The notes: generated from the letters alone by a model not told the origin. DNA of 56,477 nucleotides from an uncultured bacterium (GCA_937952265.1 CALFYW010000055.1:1-56477); one strand, 5' to 3'. Counted from the first letter of the stretch, positions 30,273-39,408 are shown. Program-made: numbers and translations.

Positions 30273-31216
30273 GGTCGTCCTCCCTGTTCCGACATGAGCC
30301 GCCGATTGGCGGCCAGTTCAAGCAACTCAGGGACCGCCTCGATGTACCAATAGGTGCATTCCACCGACGAATGCCCCAGGTAGGTGGCCAGTTTCGGCAT
30401 CTGGGAATTGACGTCGCATCCGGACTGATACCACTCAATCAAGCACCGGGTGGCGAATGTGTGGCGCAGGTCCTGCAAGCGGGGTCCTCGTCCGGAACGT
30501 TTTCCCTCGGTGCCGCTCCTCAAACCGCAGGACCGCGAGATCTTGCAATACCAGCAATGAACGGTACCCAGATCAAGCGCGTCTCCTCGGCCCGAGACGA
30601 AGAACGTTCTGTTGATCGAATGACCGAAGAGCCGGTCCCGCTCCTGTGCGTAATTCTTCAAGGCCGCGACCGTCGAGGAATGGATCGGTACCTGCCGCGA
30701 CTTTCCGAACTTCGACATTCGCACGATGAGCAATCCGGCCAGGAGATCAACGTCGCCGACCTTCAGAGCGGCAGCCTCGCCGGGACGCAGTCCGGTGGCG
30801 GCAAGCAAGCCAATGAGGGTTTTCAGCGTCATCGCGTTAATCCTGTGACGCGATCTCAATCTCGAGGCTTCCGCCATCAGACGAACGATCTCTTGATTGC
30901 TGTAGATGTATGGCGTTGGGCGGCGGCGCCGGACGTTCAGCAAGCGGGATGGTGGCACCTGATGACGAGGTTCGCTGACACTGAGCCACCGGGCAAACTG
31001 GCGCACCATGGACAGTTTTCGAGCCCAGGTGGCCCGTTGCACGTCCGGGGATTGTTGGGACCACTCCAACGCCAGTGCGACGGTGATAAATCGGGCCTTC
31101 TTCCGTTTCAGGAACTGGACGAACTGGCGAAGGGTCTTAGCCGGTTCCTCCAGTCGTGTCCCCAAGGCGCGTCGAGCCGCCACATACGCCGTCAACTGGG
31201 CTTGAAGGGATTTCAT
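30269..31216 (-). CDS. ritB: Tyrosine recombinase, second gene of the trio (315 aa)
   Basis: GLRPGEAAALKVGDVD, LQDLRHTFATRCL, LATYLGHSSVECTYWYIE. 4-bp overlaps on both sides. Confidence 0.9.
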   Translation of the reverse strand: MKSLQAQLTAYVAARRALGTRLEEPAKTLRQFVQFLKRKKARFITVALALEWSQQSPDVQRATWARKLSMVRQFARWLSVSEPRHQVPPSRLLNVRRRRPTPYIYSNQEIVRLMAEASRLRSRHRINAMTLKTLIGLLAATGLRPGEAAALKVGDVDLLAGLLIVRMSKFGKSRQVPIHSSTVAALKNYAQERDRLFGHSINRTFFVSGRGDALDLGTVHCWYCKISRSCGLRSGTEGKRSGRGPRLQDLRHTFATRCLIEWYQSGCDVNSQMPKLATYLGHSSVECTYWYIEAVPELLELAANRRLMSEQGGRP

Positions 31217-32388
31217 CGCGCACCTCCCGCAACGGGCCAGGGGTGGACGACTTCCTGTAGCGAACGCAGATCGATCTTGGCGTAGATCTCAGTGCTGCTG
31301 GGAGCATGGTGTCGAAGCACTTGCCCAATGTCGTGCAGGCGGGCTCCTTGTCTGAGCATCCCACTTGCCAAGGAGTGACGGAACAAATGGGCGGCGGTTC
31401 GGTGGGGTCGTCGGATCCCCGCTTGCGCCATGGCTCGACGCACAACATGACCAATACTAGCCGGTCCGCTCAGTGGTATCCGGGGAGCAATTGTGCGCAG
31501 GAAGACGCGTTTGGTCGTGGAGCGAACTCCTCGGTCCAGCCGCAGGTAGCGCGCCAAGGCGGTTCCGACCTCATGAGGCAAAGGGAGGAAATCCTGTCGG
31601 CGACCTTTGCCGCGGATCAGGATCTCGCCAGTCCTCCAGCGGATGTCACCCACTTCAAGCAGGAGGACTTCACTCGCCCGAAGTCCCAACTTCGCCAATA
31701 AGAGCAGGATCGCATAATCGCGTCGCCCGGTGCCACAGGTCCGATCAGGGGCCGCCAGCACCCGGCTCACTTCTTCCGGCGAAAGCACTTTGGGGATGTC
31801 GGGCTGGGCCGTTCGACGAACAGAGGGGATCGCCGCGACGAGATCGCGCCGGATATATCCTCGCACGTGGAGAAAGCGCAAGAATGAACGGAGGCTTGCG
31901 CATAGCAAGCGCACATACGCTGAGGAGCGGTCTCGGGAACGATCGAAGAGAAACGCTCGCAGAATACGACTATTGAGCCGGCGAACCGAAGAAACGCCAT
32001 GTTCTTTTGTCAAGTAGCTGATCAAGTCGGGAATTAGCGGCAGGTAGGCCAGGAGGGATCTCTCTGCCAACCCTTTCTCGTGTCGGAGAAAATCGGAATA
32101 CTCATCTTGAAGCCGCGAAACGCGTGTGTTCAAAGGTCTCCGAGCGGGTGTGGCGATCAATCCCTGCAGCCGTAAGTGTTGCAGGAATCCCGACAGAGCC
32201 GTAACCGCGAGGCTGCGGTGCTTTGGTCCGAGGAGACAAGCACGCCGAAGAAACAAGGCCACCTCCGATTCGTTCGTTCCGCGCCTGAAATTTCTTCGCC
32301 GTCGCCGCCAGTTCAAGAACTCCTTCAGTGCTTTCCGCTTTGTATGGAGGGCGCTGTCGGAATAACCCGCGGCCGTCAATTGGGTCAC
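31213..32388 (-). CDS. ritA: Tyrosine recombinase, first gene of the trio (391 aa)
   Basis: GLRASEVLLLEVGDIRW, HLFRHSLASGMLRQGARLHDIGQVLRHHAPSSTEIYAKID. Confidence 0.9.
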   Translation of the reverse strand: MTQLTAAGYSDSALHTKRKALKEFLNWRRRRRNFRRGTNESEVALFLRRACLLGPKHRSLAVTALSGFLQHLRLQGLIATPARRPLNTRVSRLQDEYSDFLRHEKGLAERSLLAYLPLIPDLISYLTKEHGVSSVRRLNSRILRAFLFDRSRDRSSAYVRLLCASLRSFLRFLHVRGYIRRDLVAAIPSVRRTAQPDIPKVLSPEEVSRVLAAPDRTCGTGRRDYAILLLLAKLGLRASEVLLLEVGDIRWRTGEILIRGKGRRQDFLPLPHEVGTALARYLRLDRGVRSTTKRVFLRTIAPRIPLSGPASIGHVVRRAMAQAGIRRPHRTAAHLFRHSLASGMLRQGARLHDIGQVLRHHAPSSTEIYAKIDLRSLQEVVHPWPVAGGAR

Positions 32389-32512
32389 GAAAGGGGTGAT
32401 TTGCTCTTCGAAAATGTCAGAGATGGAAGAACACCGTAGACGAGAATGATTGCTACACGTCGACGATCTCGACCCCTCTTGTCATCAAACGCGAGCCGAA
32501 GATTCCCACCGT

Positions 32513-32609
32513 ATGATTATGCCGCGTGCGCCGACACCAAAATCTCCGTTTTCCATGAAGAATCCAAGTTCCAGAACTTCACGCGGCATAATCCTGGATT
32601 CGGCATAAC
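32513..32609. repeat. RIT right terminal inverted repeat
   Basis: Partner of 29184..29280. Confidence 0.85.
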
Positions 32610-32639
32610 CTCGTTTATGCCGCCCGCGGCATAAACGAG

Positions 32640-34007
32640 ATTGTTATCAATCTCGAAGCGACCGTCGCGAAGATATCCGACCATCGCGGTGTATTCGTTG
32701 ATGAAGTAGCGCACCGCTTTGCCCAGCGTGCTTTTGGGCAACACACGCGGATCCTTCTTCAATTGTTCGGCGCGTTTTTTCATCTCCCGCCAAAGCCCTG
32801 GTGCATGGGCCAGACGTTCCCGGCGGCGCTCTTCAAAGGACGTTTCCCGGATCCGATCTTCGATTCGATAGAGTTCTCGTATTTTCTGAATGAACCAAAG
32901 TCCATCTGGAAGCGATTCCTTGAGCGCCTGAAAAAATCCGCGTCTGGCGTGGCCCAGGCAGCCGATGCGTTTGAGGCGTCCGCCGCCACCACGCCGCAAC
33001 GATTCGTAGACTTGGTAGCCGTCGCTCTGGATGGTGCCCTCAAAGCCCTCGAGCCGGGATGCTGGTCCCGCGCGGCCCCGTCCATCGCAGAACTCCAGGA
33101 GAACATCGCCGCCTGGGTTCGCGTAGAACCATAGGTAACCGGATCCCGCTTTGCCTTTGACTTCCGGATCGAGGACTTTGACGGGAGTCTCGTCGACTTG
33201 GAGGTAAGAGGTGGCTTTGAGCTCCTCCCAGATCGCCCAGTAGATCGCCAAAAGCAGATGGGCGATCTTTTCGACCCACTGCACAATCTGCTGACGGGGG
33301 ATCACGACTCCAAAGCGTTCGCGAAAGTTGCGCTCCAGCGTGTAGTAAGCGACGTGGTCGTCGAAACGGCTGAGCAACAGGAACACCGCCAACCCCAGAC
33401 CCAGCTTGCTTTGCGGCAGCAAGCGCGGCGGCAGCTGAGCAATCGCCACACCGCTGCAACAGTCCCGGCCGCACTCTCCGTATTTGGGCCGGATGATTTC
33501 CTTGATGATGAGCTTGGCCGGCTCGAACTCGTACTCGGTGGTGCGTTCCTGACCCATTCGCGGCCGCAGTTCTCCGGTGATCGGGCAGTGATTGTTCTCC
33601 GGTTCCAAGACCTCGGTGCGCCGGACCAGTTCAACCGGTGGCAGGTGACGGCGTTTCTTTCGATGCTTTCGCCGTTTACCCTGTTGGTCGCGCTCCTTTT
33701 TCTTCTCGTCCTCGACCACGTCCTGGCTCAGCGGCGGTGGGCCCTCGTCAGCCTCCTGGAGCTCGGTGACGAGTTTTCCAAGTTGATCTTCCTCTTCGGC
33801 GGTGAGCTTCTCGGATTTGGAGCCGTAAAGTTGTTGCTTCAAGTCGGCAATGAGGGCCTGCGCCTCGGCCAACTTTTGCTTGTGTTCCTGGGCTTGCTGG
33901 AGGGCTTGATCGAGTTGTTCGTGTACGGCTCGCAACTCCTGCCGAGTGGAGGCCAACTCCCGTTGGGCCTCTTGAAGTTGGTCAACCAAGTCGTGCGGGT
34001 TCTTCAT
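32640..34007 (-). pseudogene. tnpC: 5' part of IS66 tnpC (DDE transposase), truncated by the RIT insertion
   Basis: Starts MKNPHDLVDQLQEAQ. Contains LYGSKSEKL, a Cys-rich zinc region and the DDE_Tnp_IS66 core (YLQVDETPVKVLD...GYLWFY...IQSDGYQVY). It ends at EIDNNLV and then reads into the RIT IR. The ATG overlaps the DUF4338 stop (ATGA at 34004..34007). Confidence 0.9.
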
Positions 34008-34888
34008 GCGCACAGGACCTTTCGAAAATTGGTTTGCAGGGGATAAACATAGATCGCCTTGAGCGGCACCTGGATGGAACCTTGGCGGTCTTGGCGCGTG
34101 CGTCCTTTGGTCAGGCCCACGTTGCGCCAATTGGCGGCCTGATACACCGTGCCCCGGAAGCGGTCCTGCTCGACGAAGGTTTCCAACACCCTCACCGGAT
34201 GTCCGTATTTGCGCTGCCAATCCCCTGCGATCCGTCGGCTGATCCGGCTCAGAAACCAACTTCCTAAACCGGGCGCCTTGATCCAAGGCAAGATCAGGTA
34301 TCGGGTGTTATTGGCGATGAGTCCCAGATTGCGTGCTCGCTGCTCAGCGTTCCACCCGATGAATCGGTCGCGGTCCTGACACTTCCACGCTGGCGCCCCA
34401 AACAACGCGAAGGCCAGCGCACGACCTGTGCGGTCTTGGAGGCAGTATCGAAGGTTTTCGCCGACGCTCCCGCCAAAACCCAAGAAGTGAAACTCTCTAA
34501 GCGCCTGGTCCATGAGCCGGCGTGCCGCGGGCGTTTGACTGATTTCCTCCACGCTCAGGGGCTGCAGCTGCCGCAAGGCCACCACCTCCGTGGGACGCTC
34601 CAACGACGCGGCCGCGCAAGGTTGCGAGCGCCTTCGCGCAACCGGTGCTCGGCGCCGAGGCGGCAGGTTCACCAGACCGCGTGCCTCCAGCTTGAGCAGA
34701 AGCGTGCGCGCGGCCATGTCCTTGAGCCGGCCCGAGCCGTTGCGCCAGTTCCACCGTTGGGCCACTTCCTTGGAAATCCGACACCGATGCCAGTCAGGGT
34801 GGGTGGCGATCAGTTCTCGAATCTGCTCGAGATCCTCGCGCGTCCACGACCGGCCCTGTAGATGGAAGATTTGCGCCACGACCCCCAT
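34004..34888 (-). CDS. DUF4338 (DruA-like) domain protein located between IS66 tnpB and tnpC
   Basis: FHFLGFGGSVGENLRY, LFGAPAWKCQDRDRFIGW, NNTRYLILPWIKAPGLGS, LETFVEQDRFRGTVYQAANWRNVGLTKGRTRQDR. Roughly 45-50% identical by eye to 25550..26398. Confidence 0.85.
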   Translation of the reverse strand: MGVVAQIFHLQGRSWTREDLEQIRELIATHPDWHRCRISKEVAQRWNWRNGSGRLKDMAARTLLLKLEARGLVNLPPRRRAPVARRRSQPCAAASLERPTEVVALRQLQPLSVEEISQTPAARRLMDQALREFHFLGFGGSVGENLRYCLQDRTGRALAFALFGAPAWKCQDRDRFIGWNAEQRARNLGLIANNTRYLILPWIKAPGLGSWFLSRISRRIAGDWQRKYGHPVRVLETFVEQDRFRGTVYQAANWRNVGLTKGRTRQDRQGSIQVPLKAIYVYPLQTNFRKVLCA

Positions 34889-34945
34889 GGTGGCGGAAAA
34901 GTTTTTGCGAGTCCAGAGAAACCGGAGCTCCGAACCAAAAAAAAA

Positions 34946-35281
34946 TTACAACCGATGCCAGTGGCGCCGGCTTACGCCCTCCAGACCGTGGAGGAGCAGG
35001 CTCAACTCTTCGGCCCGCAACAAACGACTGACGCCTTCGCCGTTGGGCCAGCCGAAGCTTCCGCGATCCAGGCGTTTGGCACAGACCCACAAACCCGAAC
35101 CGTCATAGCAAAGAATTTTCAGCCGGTTGCGGTGTTTGTTGGTGAAAACAAAAAAGTGGCCCGATGTCGGATCCTCCTTTAACACCGCCTGAACTCGGGC
35201 GAAGAGACCATTGAAACTCTGGCGCATGTCCACCGGCTCCAGCGCCACGAAGATCCGGGTGGCCGCGTTGACACTCAGCAT
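34946..35281 (-). CDS. tnpB: IS66 accessory protein TnpB (start at MLSVNAATRIF)
   Basis: EPVDMRQSFNGLFARVQ...DPTSGHFFVFTNKHRNRLKILCYDGSGLWVCAKRLDRGSFGWP. Confidence 0.9.
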   Translation of the reverse strand: MLSVNAATRIFVALEPVDMRQSFNGLFARVQAVLKEDPTSGHFFVFTNKHRNRLKILCYDGSGLWVCAKRLDRGSFGWPNGEGVSRLLRAEELSLLLHGLEGVSRRHWHRL

Positions 35282-35616
35282 GGCTGGCGAAGTGGCTGAA
35301 GAATCGCCCGCACCCATTGCGGATCGGCGCCGGCTTGGAGCCGCACCACAGTCCCGCCCGCCAGGGCTATTTCCGCACCCCAATCGGCCGTCGACTTCAC
35401 CCCTGCTATCCGGATCTCCTGGAAGTCAGCTGCTGCCACTGCTCCCGGCGTCCGCCGCCTTCTCGGCCCGTAGAGCCAGTTGCGAAATGTCGTCCACTTG
35501 ACGCCGTGACGCCGCGCGAACGCCCGCTGCGTCTCGTTGCCGGACCGGAACTCCTTGACCAAGGCCGCGCGCCTCTGCGCCGAATACTGAGCGCGTCGGG
35601 TCGATGCTCGATTCAT
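35275..35616 (-). CDS. tnpA: IS66 orfA/TnpA-like HTH protein (113 aa)
   Basis: YSAQRRAALVKEFRSGNETQRAFARRHGVKWTTFRNWLY. Position is upstream of and overlapping tnpB. Confidence 0.85.
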   Translation of the reverse strand: MNRASTRRAQYSAQRRAALVKEFRSGNETQRAFARRHGVKWTTFRNWLYGPRRRRTPGAVAAADFQEIRIAGVKSTADWGAEIALAGGTVVRLQAGADPQWVRAILQPLRQPC

Positions 35617-35675
35617 CCCGCCAGCCTAACCGACGTCGCCCGCCCGCCGCTAGGCGCGCTCGCCTTGACGCTTAC

Positions 35676-37967
35676 GATCAAATTGGTGAATACTTGTTCA
35701 AGGAGGGCTTGATCTCCCATCACGGTGGGAAGTGGTGCAATCGACCAGGAAATCGCGCGATCGCAGGTTGCCATCTCCAGATCGCTCACGACCGAGTCTA
35801 TTAGGGGATTCAATTCAATTGGAACTTCCCGAAGTGGTCCGCGGGCGGTTTGGGAAAACGACAACAGATCGTCAATGAGCTGTCCCATCCGGATGCTCGC
35901 ACGCGAAATCGTCTCAATATGGCTTTGAGCCCGCTCGGAAAACTGATCCTCAAGCTCCCGCGACAAGAGCGCGGCATACCCATGAATGTGACGCAATGGA
36001 GCACGCAAGTCGTGCGACACTGAGTAGGAGAACGCCTCCAGTTCCTTGTTCGCTGCTTCGAGATCACGTGCGCGGGTCCTGAGATCCGCGTGCAACCGCG
36101 AAATCCGCGCTTCATCTTCTTGGCGCTGCGTAATGTCGTTAAAGAGGACCGCAACCTGTCGGTCACCGAGTTGGCCGAAACGAAACGCATAAACGTCATA
36201 GGTGCGACCCAATGGGTCGGCTCGGTTTTGAAAACGCGCCGGCATGCCCGTGATCGCGACCTTACCCAGATTCTCAATCCAGTGCGCTTCAAGCGCTGGG
36301 AGAAGTTCACGGATGCGCTTGCCGACGACCGAGGAAAGTCCCGTGTGCTTCTCGAATGAGGGATTCACCTCCAGGAACCGGAAGTCTGCCGGTTTACCGT
36401 CGTCGTCGAAGATCATTTCAATGATACAAAAACCTTCATCAATCGACGTAAACAAACCCCGATAGCGCGCCTCACTAGAACGGAGCGCTTTCTGGGCGTT
36501 TCGCTCGGGTGTCACGTCGCGGAATATGAGGACGACGCCAATGACGGCACCATCCCGATCATGGATGGGCGCGGCACTGTCGGCAATCGAACGTTCCGTC
36601 CCGTCACGAGCCAACAAGGCAGTGTGGTTTGCAAGACCCTGAATCGCACCCGTCTCAAGCACCCGATCCACCGGATTCGGAACGGCGAGTCGTGTATCCT
36701 CGTTGATCGTACAGAAGACGTCGGCAACCGCTTGACCGGCGGCGTCACGCATTTTCCAACCGGTCAATTGCTCGGCGATGGGGTTCATTCTCGTTACACG
36801 CGAATCCGTGTCAGTGACCAATACGGCGTCGCCGATCGAGTTGAGGGTGACCGCCAGCCGCTCCTCGCTTTCGCGCAGCGACGCAAACGCCTTGAGCCGT
36901 GAACGGAAGAGTCGAGCGGCAATTACGGCGGTAATGGAAAGCAGCGCCGATAGAATCCCAAACACGGTTCGTAATCCACCAAGGATCGCCGAAAGCTCGC
37001 GGTTCGAAATCTCCGAAGCCATGACCAAAAAGGCGTCTTCGGCAGTGACATATCCGGGCTGGTCCGCGAGGTGGTGACGGGTGTCAACCCGACGCCACGT
37101 GAGAATTCCGCGAGCGCTTCGCTGGTGACCGGTCGCACGCGTCATGACGCGGGCCCAGAGCGCTGGTTCCGATTGCGCGAGGGTCGTGTTTTGACGCTCG
37201 GGGAACATAAAGCCCCATTCGGTGGCGGGATCATCACCCTTGAGCACGAAACCACTCGCATTGAACACTCGAAGACGGTGGTACACGTTTGGCCAGAGCC
37301 TTTGAAACTGAGTGAATAGATGCTGTCCCCGGTAATTGATAACGTAAATACCACGACGTCGGCCGGATTGGTCGAAGATCGGTGTAGCCAAACGTACGAC
37401 AGGTTTGCGGGGCTCCTCCACACGGCCGTCTTCCATATTGAGGCTGAAGGCCGAAACGAAAATCTGGTTGGGCGCCAACTCATTGGCGCGTGCGACGTAT
37501 GACCGATCGGACTTGTCCTTGAGGTCGTTCTCGGGGACGATACGTCCACCTTGATTAACGCGGAACACCTCCAGGCCGCTCGAGTCCAGGAAGCGAAGTT
37601 GGTCAAATTTCGGTTGCTGGCGGCTGATAAACGCCGCACGCGCGACGCTGCGCTCGAGATCAGTCGAACGGCCCGTCTCAAGATAGGCGCGTAGACTGTC
37701 ACCGGTTGAAAGCCTGCGCACGTCATCGGCCAAGACGCGCAACTCCTGCTCGAAAAGCCGGGCGAACATGTCGACGCGGGTACGCTCACGAAGAAGGGCC
37801 GACCGCTCAATTTGACCCGCCTCACGCAAATACGTTCCTCCGCAGAAGACGAGCGCAGTGCCGACAAGGATCCCGGGCAGCAGGAGCGTGGTGCTCCAAA
37901 ACTCTCGCTTCCGTTTCAGTGAACTGCCCATGAGGAATACCGATCTCGATGCGGCGCGTATTCCCAA
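35676..37967 (-). pseudogene. 5' part of the sensor histidine kinase (periplasmic Cache-like sensor, TM, 2 PAS, HisKA), interrupted by IS66
   Basis: PAS segments RESEERLAVTLNSIGDAVLVTD and SEARYRGLFTSIDEGFCIIEM. H-box FSYSVSHDLRAPLRHIHGY. The frame ends at ...EQVFTNLI at the IS66 TSD. The ORF-track tail 35613..35675 is IS sequence. Confidence 0.85.
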
Positions 37968-38180
37968 CGCCTCGCTTCAAATGGTCTCTGATTTGGCGTG
38001 CCCGGTCAATGCCTTGAGGTCGGGCGGAATTCAGCGCACCAGAGTGGTTCCTCAGATCCTCTTACGCACTGTGTGGGGAATAGGGGAACTCCCTGCTTGG
38101 CACCGAGACGAGACCCCATCACCAGCACTGGTGGGATACATTGCGGCTACCGATCGCCCTGCGCCGCTCAACTTGGAATA

Positions 38181-38387
38181 TTACGAGGCACGAAAGAAGT
38201 CCTCGAGAAATCGTCGGGCGCAGGTAGGGCAATACCCATGACTCAGTTGCTGCTTCGACAGGGGAGCGATTCCGAGTGGACCCCACGAACCGTCCTCTTT
38301 CTTGACACGCCCACAAACGCAACAAATCAAATGGAGCCCGGATTTCCCCGGTTTCCTCTCCCGCTGTGCTCCAGGTTCCATGGGCAT
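38181..38387 (-). CDS. Small Cys-rich protein with a CxxC...SHGYCPxC motif (~68 aa from MPMEP)
   Basis: LHLICCVCGRVKKEDGSWGP...LSHGYCPTCARRFLE resembles the C.yCkkiRdd.G.W...fSHGiCP.C tail seen on some PAS/sensor proteins. Confidence 0.4.
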   Translation of the reverse strand: MPMEPGAQRERKPGKSGLHLICCVCGRVKKEDGSWGPLGIAPLSKQQLSHGYCPTCARRFLEDFFRAS

Positions 38388-38437
38388 TCGAGCACGAGCA
38401 CAGACGATGCCACGCGCCGCGCCCGTCCATGGGGCGC

Positions 38438-38691
38438 TCAAGCATGGTTGTGTCGTTTCTCGACGGGATCGATCTCAACGTCATGGGTCGGCATCGCTTG
38501 AATCGTGATTGATCCTTCGTCAAGACTCGTCCGCAAAAACTCGGCACCGTGAAGCGCCGAATCGCAGAATGGACAATTGGACGATTGACCTGCATGCGCG
38601 GCGCGGATTCAAGCTGCCGCCCGAGAATCGCCATCCCCGCAAAGGTAAACCGGCACTTATCGCAACGGAATTCAAACTCGAGTGTGTTCAT
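38438..38691 (-). pseudogene. Frameshifted paralog of the small zinc-ribbon family
   Basis: MNTLEFEFRCDKCRFTFAGMAILGRQLESAPRMQ in one frame. The second knuckle (SSNCPFCDSAL...HNHA*) lies in the +1 frame. The shift is near 38580..38595. Confidence 0.4.
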
Positions 38692-38791
38692 AGGTGGTTT
38701 CGGGCAATCGATCATCCGTTCCGGGCCGCAACGGTGCGCCTCAGGCGCCAGATATCGTGTGGCCACATGGGGGGGCGAATCGGAGACGGTG

Positions 38792-39001
38792 TCACCGGGG
38801 TTCTTCTCGTTTCTCAAATAATGCGGCGTCATGCACCTTCGTCCACCGGTATCCAAACTCGTCGGCAAGTTCTTTCCACTGGGGATCCCACTCCGAATAC
38901 ACATCCTGGACGACAACGAACCGTTTCCCAGCCTCCATGAGGATCCGTGCCTTGGTCAAGGCATCGGGCTCCAAACCGTTCAAGTAGTCATGCAGTTCCA
39001 T
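38792..39001 (-). CDS. Hypothetical small protein (69 aa from MELHDYLNG)
   Basis: Protein-like composition (MELHDYLNGLEPDALTKARILMEAGKRFVVVQDVYSEWDPQWKELADEFGYRW). No family recognised. Confidence 0.4.
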   Translation of the reverse strand: MELHDYLNGLEPDALTKARILMEAGKRFVVVQDVYSEWDPQWKELADEFGYRWTKVHDAALFEKREEPR

Positions 39002-39079
39002 GGGAACGAAGAACGCCGCCCCCCGAGGTACACGTGAGAGGCGGCGGTTGGATGCTTCCACAGGACACCGCTGTCCTTG

Positions 39080-39295
39080 TCACGGGTTGAATCGACCGAA
39101 TTCCTGAATGTCTGAAGTTCCACCGTTCGTAGGGCCGTTGCCCGTGCCGCGGATGAGTTCGCCAGGCAACGTCTTTCCGCAACCTGGGCATTTGATCTGC
39201 ACGGACGGGGTACTCCGCAGATCGTCGGGAACCAGGAATGCGCCCCCAACCACCGAGACGCAATCCCAACAGCGAAATTCATACTCCAAGGTCAT
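39080..39295 (-). CDS. Small zinc-ribbon protein (71 aa), paralog of 25254..25469
   Basis: MTLEYEFRCWDC...IKCPGCGKTL. Lies 113 nt downstream of the serine recombinase on the same strand. Confidence 0.5.
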   Translation of the reverse strand: MTLEYEFRCWDCVSVVGGAFLVPDDLRSTPSVQIKCPGCGKTLPGELIRGTGNGPTNGGTSDIQEFGRFNP

Positions 39296-39408
39296 AGCCT
39301 ACCAAGACATATTCCCGTTCGTTTAGCGTGTCACTTCCATTACGCTTTGGTGACACGACTGCGGTCCCCCAGACGCCCCGGCCCGTTCAACCGAACACCG
39401 CACCTTAG

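Larger units (their letters stand above)
29184..32639 (-). mobile_element. RIT (recombinase-in-trio) element inserted in IS66 tnpC
   Basis: Three overlapping tyrosine recombinase genes bounded by 97-bp near-perfect inverted repeats (29184..29280 and 32513..32609), plus a 30-bp palindromic site at the right edge. The outer limits are approximate. Confidence 0.8.
28791..35675 (-). mobile_element. IS66-family element (tnpA-tnpB-DUF4338-tnpC), itself interrupted by a RIT element
   Basis: IRs start with the IS66 hallmark gtaagcgtcaa (28791; reverse complement ends at 35675). A perfect 8-bp TSD gatcaaat lies at 28783..28790 and 35676..35683. Confidence 0.9.

Noticed and set aside
32517-34286. Full 589-aa ORF-track version of tnpC
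   Set aside because: The first 93 codons overlap the DUF4338 gene out of frame and are Arg/Gly/Pro-rich. The last ~40 codons (YAAGGINEVMPNPGLCRVKFWNLD...) are read-through into the RIT inverted repeat. The true fragment is 32640..34007.
35613-35675. Last 21 codons of the 784-aa kinase ORF (VSVKASAPSGGRATSVRLAG*)
   Set aside because: This sequence is the IS66 right inverted repeat, not kinase coding sequence.
38119-38916. 265-aa minus-strand ORF
   Set aside because: It is a composite that reads through the frameshifted zinc-ribbon paralog and out-of-frame parts of neighbouring small genes, with no coherent domain.
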